Shown: positions 1-8,267 of the stretch, in pieces
Layout of the letters: every line of letters starts with the position of its first letter
Numbering within the stretch: the stretch's first letter is position 1
NCBI GenBank assembly: GCA_965116305.1
Contig: OZ220673.1
Span: forward strand, 1,379,362 to 1,443,361
DNA length: 64,000 bases
From: Dehalococcoidia bacterium
GTDB taxonomy: Bacteria; Chloroflexota; Dehalococcoidia; Lucifugimonadales; Australimonadaceae
Direction: 5' to 3'
Notes under the pieces: generated by a model
Database searches by the model: none
What the model was told of the DNA's origin: nothing
What the model saw: only the letters and a program-made list of their open reading frames with translations
Made by a program: the position numbers and the translations under genes

Positions 1-950
1 AGCGGCACGTTGATGAACTCCGGGTCGCCGACGTATGCGAGGCGGTCGGCGAACGCCAGCCGCTTCGCCTCGACCATCGTGTGGATGCTCTCGATGGTGT
101 TGTGGCCCATCGCCGCGAGGTCGAACCCGTCCAACAGGCTCAGCAGCTCCAGCGTGAGCATACCCTGCGACGGCAGTCCGGTCGCGTAGACCGTGTGCCC
201 GTGGAAGCGCGCGGAGGGCGGGTTCTCGTAGACGGACGTCTCCTGCCCCGCGAGGTCAGCCTCGTCGATGAGGCCGCCGCCGTCCTCCATCGCCTGCGCT
301 ATCTGCTTGGCGATCGAGCCGAGGTAGAACTCGTCCGGCCCGTGCTCTGCGATGCGCCGCAGTGACCGCGCAAGGTTCGGCTGCGCGAACACGTCGCCCA
401 CCTGGTACGCGGAACCGTCAGGCTTGATGTACGTCTTCGCGGTCGACTCATACTTGGCGATCTTGTCGTAGTGGTCGCTGAAGTAGCTGGCGGAGCGCGG
501 CGGGAGCGAGAACCCATCGGCCGCGAGGCTGATGGCCGGGTCGATGAGCGACGCCAGCGAGCGCGTCCCGAACCGGTCGACGATCGTCTGCCACGCGCGC
601 ACCTCACCGGGAACGGCGGGCGTCAGCGGGCCGTCGGCCGGCATCTTCACGTAGCCCAGGTCGGTGAAGTACTCCCGCCTCGCTCGCATCGGCGCCTTGC
701 CGGAGCCGGAGACGCCGTAGAGCGTGCCGGACGCGGCGTGGTAGAGGAGCGCGAACACCTCGCCGCCGATGCCGCACATCATGGGCAGCGTCACGGCTTC
801 CGCCGCCGCGACCGCTACTGCGGCGTCGAATGCGTTGCCTCCCTCGCGCATCACCTGCGCTCCCACCGCGCCTGCAAGCGGCGAGGCGGAGCCGACCAGT
901 CCACGCGTCGTGTATATGGGGCTATGCGACCTGTTGATTACGCTGCTCAC
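1..950 (-). CDS. gamma-glutamyltransferase (GGT) family protein, N-terminal ~316 aa; 3' end lies beyond the left edge
   Basis: Absent from the ORF track because there is no in-window stop. My minus-strand translation from GTG at 948-950 reads VSSVINRSHSPIYTTRGLVGSASPLAGAVGAQVMREGGNAFDAAVAVAAAEAVTLPMMCGIGGEVFALLY...VEAKRLAFADRLAYVGDPEFINVP. This is colinear with the GGT large-subunit N-terminus. GAGAGG lies upstream of the GTG. Confidence 0.8.
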   Translation of the reverse strand, partial: MSSVINRSHSPIYTTRGLVGSASPLAGAVGAQVMREGGNAFDAAVAVAAAEAVTLPMMCGIGGEVFALLYHAASGTLYGVSGSGKAPMRARREYFTDLGYVKMPADGPLTPAVPGEVRAWQTIVDRFGTRSLASLIDPAISLAADGFSLPPRSASYFSDHYDKIAKYESTAKTYIKPDGSAYQVGDVFAQPNLARSLRRIAEHGPDEFYLGSIAKQIAQAMEDGGGLIDEADLAGQETSVYENPPSARFHGHTVYATGLPSQGMLTLELLSLLDGFDLAAMGHNTIESIHTMVEAKRLAFADRLAYVGDPEFINVP

Positions 951-1077
951 GATGACGCACCTCTCTCACACGAGTATCCGGGCAGCGGCATGATATGCTC
1001 CGCATCTGTCACGGGCAACGCGCGCACCCCTGAACCGTACCGCGCTGCGCGGCACAACACGGAATCGAGGAGGCATC

Positions 1078-1701
1078 ATGGCCGAGGACTTCACCTACGA
1101 CCGCTGGATGAACAGCCAGGGGATACCTGTGCACCGCGGCTACTACATCGAGGACCTGCGCAACATCGAACTCGGGCGTTGGAGCCTGCGCGATTGCGAC
1201 GCCGCCTTCATCCAGTTGGAGGGCATGCCCGGCGTGGTGGAGGGGCGCGTGCAGGAGGTGCCGCCGGGGGGCTCCATCAAGCCGTTCAAGCAGGCGATAG
1301 ACGAGATGGTCTACGTCGCCAGCGGACAGGGAACGGCGTCCGTATGGAGCGGCGACGGCGAGCCGCACACGTTCGAGTGGTCGCCGCGCTCGCTCTTCCT
1401 CATCCCGCGCAACTCGTGGGCGCAGTTCAACAACATGCAGGGCGACAGGCCCGCGCGCCTGCTGCACTACAACTACCTCCCCATCGCCATGTCCGCCATC
1501 CCCAACCCGGACTTCTTCTTCAACAACCCGTTCGAGGAGAACGTGCTGGCAGAGGCTGCTGACTTCTACTCCGAGGCCGAGGCGACGACGCAGGAGCACG
1601 TGGCCGAGGGCGCAGCCGGACGCACGCTCTGGCTCGGCAACTTCTTCCCGGACATGGGCGTCTGGGACAAGCTGATGCACCGCCCGGACGCGGCTCCCTG
1701 A
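1078..1701 (+). CDS. cupin-domain protein, probably the N-terminal (non-metal) half of a bicupin
   Basis: ORF track 207 aa. One cupin barrel (GGSIKPFKQAIDEMVYVASGQGTASVWSGDGEPHTFEWSPRSLFLIPRNSWAQFNN) without His ligands. It stops 15 nt before the next cupin ORF. Confidence 0.7.
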   Translation: MAEDFTYDRWMNSQGIPVHRGYYIEDLRNIELGRWSLRDCDAAFIQLEGMPGVVEGRVQEVPPGGSIKPFKQAIDEMVYVASGQGTASVWSGDGEPHTFEWSPRSLFLIPRNSWAQFNNMQGDRPARLLHYNYLPIAMSAIPNPDFFFNNPFEENVLAEAADFYSEAEATTQEHVAEGAAGRTLWLGNFFPDMGVWDKLMHRPDAAP

Positions 1702-1715
1702 ACCGCTCCGTCTAC

Positions 1716-2171
1716 ATGCGCATACCGGGCTCCGAGCTGCGCGCGCACATGTCGGTCTTCCCCGCGGGGACGTACAAGAAAGGACACCGCCACGGACCCG
1801 GCCGCGTCATCGTCATCCCCGGCGGCGAGGGCTTCTCCATCATGTGGCAGGAGGGCCAGGAGAAGATGGTCATCCACTGGCACGAGGCGAGCTGCTTCGT
1901 GCCGCCGGACCGCTGGTTCCACCAGCACTTCAACCTCGGCGCCGTCCCCGGACGCTACCTCGCGCTCCATCCACCGAACCAGTTCATGGGCATGTCCGAG
2001 TCCGTACAGGACCTCTCGCGCGACCAGATCGAGTACCCGGACGAGGACCCGTGGATACGCGAGTACTTCGAGAGCCAGCTTGCCGAGCGCGGCATAGAGT
2101 CCCAGATGCCGGACGAGGCGTACCGCGACCGCAACTACCGATGGGACTACACGGGCGTCAAGGAGAACTAG
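1716..2171 (+). CDS. cupin-domain protein with His-rich metal motif, probably the C-terminal half of the same bicupin
   Basis: ORF track 151 aa with GHRHGPG...HWHE...HQHFN. Its reading frame is open upstream back to 1563, overlapping the end of the previous ORF. Confidence 0.7.
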   Translation: MRIPGSELRAHMSVFPAGTYKKGHRHGPGRVIVIPGGEGFSIMWQEGQEKMVIHWHEASCFVPPDRWFHQHFNLGAVPGRYLALHPPNQFMGMSESVQDLSRDQIEYPDEDPWIREYFESQLAERGIESQMPDEAYRDRNYRWDYTGVKEN

Positions 2172-2219
2172 CGCCTCCACCCATCGCAGAGACACCAGCC
2201 GAAAGGAAGACCAGCCCTC

Positions 2220-3782
2220 ATGCACGACGAGCCCTGGGCGCACGTCCACGACCCCGACGAGGAGCGCCTCGCCAAACTCACCATCGAACTGAACAACCCC
2301 GACCACGACTACTACCACTACGAGGTCATCGAACTCACGACGGTCGGCATCGACATCGGCTCCTCCACCTCGCACCTGATGTTCTCCAGCATCACGCTCC
2401 AGCGCGTGCAGGAGATGCACTCCAGCCGGTACGTCGTCGTGGACAGGCAGACGCTCTACAAGTCGCCCATCCTGCTCACGCCGTACACGCACGACAACCT
2501 CATCAACACGGAGCAGCTGGAGCGGTTCGTGGCCGAGTCGTACGCGGAAGCGGGATTCGAGCCGCAGGACGTGGACAGCGGCGCCATCATCCTCACGGGC
2601 GAGGCGATCAAGCGGCGCAACGCCCACGCGATAGCCGACATCTTCGCCGACCAAGCGGGCAAGTTCGTCTGCGCTTCCGCAGGCCACAACCTGGAGTCTG
2701 TGCTCGCAGCGAACGGGTCGGGCTCGGTTAAACTGTCGCGCAACCCGCGCCAGACCGTCTTGAACGTCGATATCGGGGGCGGCACGACGAAGTTCGCACT
2801 CGTGCAGGGCGGGCGCATCCAGCACACCGCCGCGCTCAACGTCGGCGGACGGCTCGTCGCCACGGAGGGCGACGGCGTCGTGACACGTATCGAGGACGCG
2901 GCGCACACCGCCGCCGACAGCATCGGCGTGCCGCTCGCGCTGGGCGAACGCCTGCCGGACGAGCACCGCACCGCCATCGCCGACGCACTCGCCGAGTGCC
3001 TGCTGGACGTGATACAGGGGCGCCCACGCTCCGAACTGACACAGGCGCTGCTGCTGACCGCCGACATGCCTCAGGACATGGCGTTCGAGGCGCTCGTCTT
3101 CTCCGGGGGCGTCTCCGAGTACGTCTACGACAACGAGACGCAGGAGTTCGGTGACCTCGCTGTGGACCTAGCCGCAGCCGTCCGTCGCAAGATGGCGGAG
3201 CACGCCCTGCCCGCGCCGGTGCAGCCCGCGGCGGAGCGCATCCGCGCCACGGTCATCGGTGCGTCGCAGTTCACCGTGCAGCTGAGCGGGAACACGCTCT
3301 CCATATCGGACCCGTCGCTCCTCCCCTACCGGAACGTACCGGTGCTCATCTCCCGGCTGCCGGAAGACCACGAGGTGCAGCCGGAGGAGGTCGCCGAACT
3401 CGTCGCGGAGGCGTTCGAGCGGCAGGACCTCGTGGAGGGTGAGCAGCAGGTCGCGCTCGCGTTCGAGTGGGACGGCCTGCCGCGCTACGCGCAGATACGG
3501 AAGATAGCGGACGGGATCGCGTCGGCGGTGCCGCGCTCGCTGGCGAACGGAGCACCGCTCATGCTCGTCTTCACCGGCGACTTTGCCAAACTGGTGGGCG
3601 ACACCATCACGAAGGACATGGGCATCGCGAACCCGGTCATCTCGATCGACAACCTCTTCCTGCAGGAGTTCGATTTCATCGACATCGGGGAGATGATCTA
3701 CCCGGCGCGCGTCGTGCCGGTGGTCGTGAAGTCGCTGCTCTTCCCGGAGATCGAGAAGCAGACCGCCGAGGTGCTGGACTAG
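2220..3782 (+). CDS. EutA-like ASKHA-fold ATPase (ethanolamine ammonia-lyase reactivase family homolog)
   Basis: ORF track 520 aa. Actin/Hsp70-like phosphate motifs GIDIGSSTSHLMF and NVDIGGGTTKFALV are present. The overall layout recalls the EutA family (my recognition, not a search). Confidence 0.6.
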   Translation: MHDEPWAHVHDPDEERLAKLTIELNNPDHDYYHYEVIELTTVGIDIGSSTSHLMFSSITLQRVQEMHSSRYVVVDRQTLYKSPILLTPYTHDNLINTEQLERFVAESYAEAGFEPQDVDSGAIILTGEAIKRRNAHAIADIFADQAGKFVCASAGHNLESVLAANGSGSVKLSRNPRQTVLNVDIGGGTTKFALVQGGRIQHTAALNVGGRLVATEGDGVVTRIEDAAHTAADSIGVPLALGERLPDEHRTAIADALAECLLDVIQGRPRSELTQALLLTADMPQDMAFEALVFSGGVSEYVYDNETQEFGDLAVDLAAAVRRKMAEHALPAPVQPAAERIRATVIGASQFTVQLSGNTLSISDPSLLPYRNVPVLISRLPEDHEVQPEEVAELVAEAFERQDLVEGEQQVALAFEWDGLPRYAQIRKIADGIASAVPRSLANGAPLMLVFTGDFAKLVGDTITKDMGIANPVISIDNLFLQEFDFIDIGEMIYPARVVPVVVKSLLFPEIEKQTAEVLD

Positions 3783-3800
3783 CGGAGTCCGTCCCGGTGC

Positions 3801-4262
3801 TCAGTCCTCGTCGTTCGACAGTGAGGCTTGCCCTGCTACCTCCGGACGGCGGATCCGCCGGTACAGCGGCGACGTGAACCAAAGGGAGAGAAAGGCTACT
3901 ACTCCCAGCGCGATGCCGCTCCAGAACAGCGCGGCCGCAGCCTGTCCGCCCGGAGTCGGGCCTCGCCATGTACGTGACGGCTCCGCTGAGTCGAACGTGA
4001 CGACGACCTCGTCGCCGTCGGCATAGTAGGTAACGCACTCGTCGGCACGGCGCGAGTAGTACTTGCACTCGGTCCACGCGGGGATCGTTACCGTCTGGCC
4101 CGCCTGCGTGATATACGTCAGGCGGCTGTCCTCGTAGACCGCCATCGACCGCTCCGCCCGCTCTGCGAGTTCCGTCACCACGCCAAGCCACGCCCACCCC
4201 GCGAAGATTACTATCGCAGCCACGACGAGGCCGGCGAAGGATATCCGCATGTTGATCTTCAT
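3801..4262 (-). CDS. membrane protein, two TM helices flanking a small soluble domain (DUF3592-like layout)
   Basis: ORF track 3801..4415. I prefer the internal start MKINMRISFAGLVVAAIVIFAGW, because the upstream 51 aa are Cys/Arg-rich and overlap the neighbouring gene. A C-terminal TM (ALFWSGIALGVVAFLSLWF) is present. Confidence 0.5.
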   Translation of the reverse strand: MKINMRISFAGLVVAAIVIFAGWAWLGVVTELAERAERSMAVYEDSRLTYITQAGQTVTIPAWTECKYYSRRADECVTYYADGDEVVVTFDSAEPSRTWRGPTPGGQAAAALFWSGIALGVVAFLSLWFTSPLYRRIRRPEVAGQASLSNDED

Positions 4263-4275
4263 GTCAGGGCGCGGT

Positions 4276-4533
4276 TCACCCCGGGAAGCGGTTCTCTCCG
4301 GAAGCCACCCACTTGGGCGCGAGCCAGCGAAGCAGCAGGAACAGCACCATGTAAAGCACGACGATGGCAACCGCAACCGACACGTACCCGACCGGCCCGT
4401 AGTCCCCCGCCACAAGCGGCTTCAGTACCTCGATAAGAACGTACGTCACAACGAGCGCTACGGCAGCCGCAAGTAGTGCGCCGACCGTGTTCCAAACAGC
4501 ACGGGCTCTCGTTCCGTTCCCATCGTTCTGCAC
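4276..4533 (-). CDS. small membrane protein (2 TM)
   Basis: ORF track 85 aa with hydrophobic helices VGALLAAAVALVVTYVLI and VSVAVAIVVLYMVLFLLL. It lies directly downstream of the TctA-like gene. Confidence 0.45.
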   Translation of the reverse strand: MQNDGNGTRARAVWNTVGALLAAAVALVVTYVLIEVLKPLVAGDYGPVGYVSVAVAIVVLYMVLFLLLRWLAPKWVASGENRFPG

Positions 4534-4560
4534 GTCCGGGCTCCTTCCTTCGGTCCGCTT

Positions 4561-6588
4561 CTAGCTCAACCAGTCCAGGATGAACGGAGTCGGCCAGATG
4601 ACGGCGAGGGCAAAGTCGAAGAAAAGCAGGTTCAGGATGAGGATCGTAACTCCGGCGACGATACCCCCAATCACGCCCGTCTTGTTCTGCATCATCAGCA
4701 TCGGCCCGAGCGTGGCGATAACGACTGCGCCCCATTTCAGGCCCTCGTTCATCAGACCGGTCATCAGCAGCATGGTGAGCAGCATGACGAGGAAGATGAG
4801 GCCAGCCGAGCGGGCCCCTTCCATCCCACGGCTGCGGATGCCGATGTCCATGATCTCGCCCGTTTCGGCGCCCAGCCCCTCGCGGACGAACTGGATAGCG
4901 CAGAGTCCAAGGCCCATGATCGCGATGCTCATCGGGAACCACTTGGACAGGTAGGCGAAGGTCGTCGATTCCCAGATGGCGTACCCGAGAACGAGCATCA
5001 CCCCAATCGTGAAGATGTGCTCCTCACGCCAGCGCCAATGCCAGCGCCGGCGCGCCGGCGCGCCCGGGGCTTCGCCTGCGGGCGCACGCACGGGCATGTC
5101 CTCCATGCCGGGCGTGGCCATTCCCCCGCTCATGAATTTGGTGAAGAGGGCTCCGATGGCGATCGCCAGTACCAGTAACACGATGAAGAGCGGGCGCGTG
5201 AACGTGCCCTCCCAGCCGAGCAGGGCGACGGAGTCCGTGATGTTCTTCTCGATGATGGAGCCGAGGATGAACCCGATGAGCAGCGGTGGACGTGGCCAGC
5301 GGTAGCGCTTCATCAGCATGCCGAGCACCGCGCCGCCTAGCACGATGCCGATGGCGCTCACGTCCCGCGTATCCTGGAACGCCGCAAGGAGCGATATGGG
5401 GATGATGAGGAAGCCCAGCACCGGGTACGGAAGGAGGGTGAGGCGCGCCATCTGCCGCGTGAAGCCGAATCCGAGCAGCGTTACCATCAGATTCCCCAAC
5501 CCAAGGCTGACGATGATCATGATGGTGATGTCCGCGTGGTCCTCCAGCATCCGCGGGCCGGGAGCGATGCCGTAGGCCAGCATCGCAACGATGACGAACG
5601 CCCAAGCACGTCCGCCCGGTATGCCGAGCGCCAGTGTGGGGACCGCCTGCCCGGCCTCCTTGGAGTTCTGCGCCGACTCGGCGAAGAGCACGCCGTCCAG
5701 CGAACCCTTGCCAAATTGGCTCTTGTCCTTCGTCCAGAAGATGCCGAACGCGTAGGACATCCAGTCCACGACGCCGCTGCCGATGCCCGGTACCGCGCCG
5801 AGGAAGACGCCGAAGAGCGACTGCCGGATCGCCATCGGCCAGCGGGCGAACCCGTACCGTGCGCCTCTGTATATCTCGCGGTAGCTGATGCGGGCGTCCC
5901 TGGGAGCGAGCGGCTTCCGTGTCATCGTGAGGTCTATGATCTCCGGCAACGCGAAGACACCGATGGTCGTCGCGATGAGCGGGAAACCCGACCATTTCAG
6001 CCACTCCTGCTCAAAGGAGAACCGGAAGTCGAGGCCGAGCGGTCCGACGGCACTGAGCAGCATGCCGAAGATTGCAGCCGCGATGCCCTTGACCATCGCG
6101 CCGCCGCTCAGCGCCGCGACCATCGCGACGCCGAAGATCGCCATCGCGCCGATCTCGGCAAACCCGAACGCCAGCACAAAGGGCGTGATGACCGGGATGA
6201 TGATTGCGAGCGTGAACGCGCCCACCACCCCGCCTATTGCGGAAACGGCATAGACCGCCCCCAGGGTATGCGCCGCCTCGCCTCGTTGCGCGAGCTGGTT
6301 CCCTTCCAGAAAGGTGACCTGCGTCGCCCCGCCCGGCATACCCAGCAGGATGGCAGGGATGGAGTCGAGGGTGTTGTCGATGCCGGTCAAGGTCGCCAGC
6401 ATGACGAGGCCGATGACCGGGTCGTCCACCGATATGACGATGAACGGGATCATGATGGCCATCACCAGGGTTGCCGAAATGCCCGGGATCAGGGCGATCG
6501 GCACGGTGACGAACACGGCAACCAGAAAGCCGGTCCAGTAACCGGCAGTTCCCAGATAGGAGAGGCCTTCACCGAAGTCAGCTAGCAT
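4561..6588 (-). CDS. tripartite tricarboxylate transporter permease, TctA-like large subunit fused to a C-terminal TctB-like 4-TM module
   Basis: ORF track 675 aa. The N-terminal ~490 aa are colinear with the 510-aa TctA at 31134..32666 (e.g. DSIPAILLGMPGG vs EPIPSILIGVPGS). A charged linker (APARRRWHWRWREEH) follows, then ~160 aa of extra TM helices. Confidence 0.8.
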   Translation of the reverse strand: MLADFGEGLSYLGTAGYWTGFLVAVFVTVPIALIPGISATLVMAIMIPFIVISVDDPVIGLVMLATLTGIDNTLDSIPAILLGMPGGATQVTFLEGNQLAQRGEAAHTLGAVYAVSAIGGVVGAFTLAIIIPVITPFVLAFGFAEIGAMAIFGVAMVAALSGGAMVKGIAAAIFGMLLSAVGPLGLDFRFSFEQEWLKWSGFPLIATTIGVFALPEIIDLTMTRKPLAPRDARISYREIYRGARYGFARWPMAIRQSLFGVFLGAVPGIGSGVVDWMSYAFGIFWTKDKSQFGKGSLDGVLFAESAQNSKEAGQAVPTLALGIPGGRAWAFVIVAMLAYGIAPGPRMLEDHADITIMIIVSLGLGNLMVTLLGFGFTRQMARLTLLPYPVLGFLIIPISLLAAFQDTRDVSAIGIVLGGAVLGMLMKRYRWPRPPLLIGFILGSIIEKNITDSVALLGWEGTFTRPLFIVLLVLAIAIGALFTKFMSGGMATPGMEDMPVRAPAGEAPGAPARRRWHWRWREEHIFTIGVMLVLGYAIWESTTFAYLSKWFPMSIAIMGLGLCAIQFVREGLGAETGEIMDIGIRSRGMEGARSAGLIFLVMLLTMLLMTGLMNEGLKWGAVVIATLGPMLMMQNKTGVIGGIVAGVTILILNLLFFDFALAVIWPTPFILDWLS

Positions 6589-6723
6589 CGATATCTCCCA
6601 TCAGGCCGTTGAAACTGTCCCCAGCCGCGCCCACACGGTCAGCCGGAGAGCGTGCTCCTTGGCCTGTGTAGAAAGAGAGGCGGCGCGGATGTCCGCGCCG
6701 CCCCTTGTTGCAGGTGATTCCTA

Positions 6724-8091
6724 CTACCCGCTTACGTACTGGGAGAAGTACTTCGGCAGGAGTCGAGCAGCCTGCTCATCAACGACGGCCTTGGAGCCCT
6801 CGAACAGGTCCTCGTTCTCCTTCGTCGCCGCCTTCAACTCGGCACGGCCTATCCAGCCGGGCTCCTCGCCCGCCACGCCGGCGTACTTCTGGATGAGCTC
6901 TGCATCGGTGGTGAGCGCTTCCTCGAACGCAGCGGAGAGCGCGTCCGCGATGTGCTCCGGCGTGCCCGGCGGCAGCCAGAGTGCCTTCGACGCGTAGTTC
7001 GTCGGTCCGATGAGAGAGTTGAATATGTGTGTCTGGTCGGCGTTCAGGTGGTCGCGGACGTCGCCACAGTGCGGCTCGGTCTGTGCGTTGCCACGCAGTG
7101 TGCCGGGGCCCATGCCTGCCATCAGGCGCATCAGACCGCTCGGGATCCAGTCCGGGTTCTCAACCGGGAACCGGTACCAGAGGCTGGAGCGGACCGTGCT
7201 GTTGATGTCGCCGCGTGCCCACATCAGCCGAACCGCGTTGGTGTCGACCGTCGTGAAGCCGAGGTAGGTGAACGGAACGTCCAACTGCTCCGATGCGTAG
7301 ACGGTCGCAAGCATCGTCGGGTTGCCTTCGGCGATGTCGGAGAGCTCGTCCGCGAGGATGAATTCGCCGTGGGCGCCGCCGCCCGTGCTGCTCTGGCCGG
7401 AGTAGTCCCAGAGACAGCTCTCAGCCGCACTCGCGCCGAGGTTGCCAACCGGGTCGTACAGCATCCAGCCGCGGGTCGGGTCGATCGTGGAACCGAGCGG
7501 CTCGAACGTGCTGCGCTTGATGAACTGCGTGCTCTCCGAGAAGCCGAACGCCAACTGCGGCGTGCTGTTCCAGGAGATGTAGGTCCCGTCCTTGGGCGCC
7601 TGTGTCGCGGAGTAGATGTACTCCAGCGGCTTGTTCGGCTGGTTGGTGAACACCACCCGCGGGTTGCCGGGGATGTACTTGCTCATGAAGGCAGACATCA
7701 CGCGGCCCTGGGTGTCGGTGCCGCCACCAGGCGAGGAGTTCGCGACGATGCGGACCGTCTTGCCGCTGAAGTAATCAGCAGCGTTGAAGCCGGGCGGAGG
7801 CGTCGGGGTTGCCGTCGGCTGAGGCACCGGAGTAGCCGTCGGGGCCGGTGCAGGCGCCGTCGAGCCGCTGTCCGCCGGTACCGGAGTCGGCGTTGGGTCA
7901 TCCTTCTCCATCATCGCCTCAGGGGTAGGAGTCGGATCCTCCTTTTCCATCATCGCCTCAGGCGTAGGCGTCGCGGTCGGTTCCGGTCGCGGCGTGGGTG
8001 TGGGGTCTTCGCCTCCACACGCAGCGATAACGGCCACCGTGGCCACTGCGGTGATGACTCCGACGAGCCATCGGTTCATTCGAGTCCGCAT
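6724..8091 (-). CDS. TctC/Bug-family periplasmic substrate-binding lipoprotein with Pro/Thr-rich linker
   Basis: ORF track 6724..8118. I prefer the start MRTRMNRW at 8091, which has GGGAGGA 5 nt upstream. Lipobox is VIAAC. The linker carries PTPT and EAMMEK repeats. The core GKTVRIVANSSPGGGTDTQGRV matches the TctC-type G-G-G-x-D motif. Confidence 0.8.
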   Translation of the reverse strand: MRTRMNRWLVGVITAVATVAVIAACGGEDPTPTPRPEPTATPTPEAMMEKEDPTPTPEAMMEKDDPTPTPVPADSGSTAPAPAPTATPVPQPTATPTPPPGFNAADYFSGKTVRIVANSSPGGGTDTQGRVMSAFMSKYIPGNPRVVFTNQPNKPLEYIYSATQAPKDGTYISWNSTPQLAFGFSESTQFIKRSTFEPLGSTIDPTRGWMLYDPVGNLGASAAESCLWDYSGQSSTGGGAHGEFILADELSDIAEGNPTMLATVYASEQLDVPFTYLGFTTVDTNAVRLMWARGDINSTVRSSLWYRFPVENPDWIPSGLMRLMAGMGPGTLRGNAQTEPHCGDVRDHLNADQTHIFNSLIGPTNYASKALWLPPGTPEHIADALSAAFEEALTTDAELIQKYAGVAGEEPGWIGRAELKAATKENEDLFEGSKAVVDEQAARLLPKYFSQYVSG

Positions 8092-8112
8092 GTCATCCTC
8101 CCTGTATTGATA

Positions 8113-8136
8113 ATCCACTCCCTGTCAGGAGTGGAT
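8113..8136. promoter_or_regulatory. 9-bp inverted repeat ATCCACTCC-N6-GGAGTGGAT in the 5' leader of the binding-protein gene
   Basis: Perfect arms read directly from the sequence. It sits just upstream (in mRNA sense) of the RBS of the gene at 6724..8091. Confidence 0.4.
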
Positions 8137-8174
8137 CGGCCGCGCTAGAGCAGCTGGATACAGACCTGTGATGT

Positions 8175-8203
8175 TTATCACGGAAGGAACGAAGTGTTTT
8201 CAA
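8175..8203 (-). promoter_or_regulatory. candidate sigma70-like promoter for the TctC/TctAB operon (TTGAAA-17-TGATAA on the minus strand)
   Basis: The reverse complement reads TTGAAA acacttcgttccttccg TGATAA. Palindromes GTGATgtttATCAC (8168..8181) and TGTTTTcaaAAAACA (8195..8209) overlap the -10 and -35 elements. Confidence 0.45.
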
Positions 8204-8209
8204 AAAACA

Positions 8210-8238
8210 TTGCAAAGTACGATAGCAAATGTTGTAAT
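8210..8238 (+). promoter_or_regulatory. candidate sigma70-like promoter for the regulator gene (TTGCAA-17-TGTAAT)
   Basis: Read directly: ttgcaa agtacgatagcaaatgt tgtaat, about 30 nt upstream of the GTG start at 8268. It lies in an AT-rich divergent intergenic region. Confidence 0.45.
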
Positions 8239-8267
8239 GCGGTTTACATTCCGAGAGGAGCAACCCG

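Noticed and set aside
1660-1720. Programmed ribosomal frameshift joining the two cupin ORFs
   Set aside because: I see no slippery heptamer (X XXY YYZ) and no obvious downstream structure in the overlap. An indel (mutation or assembly error) or two separate genes are simpler explanations.
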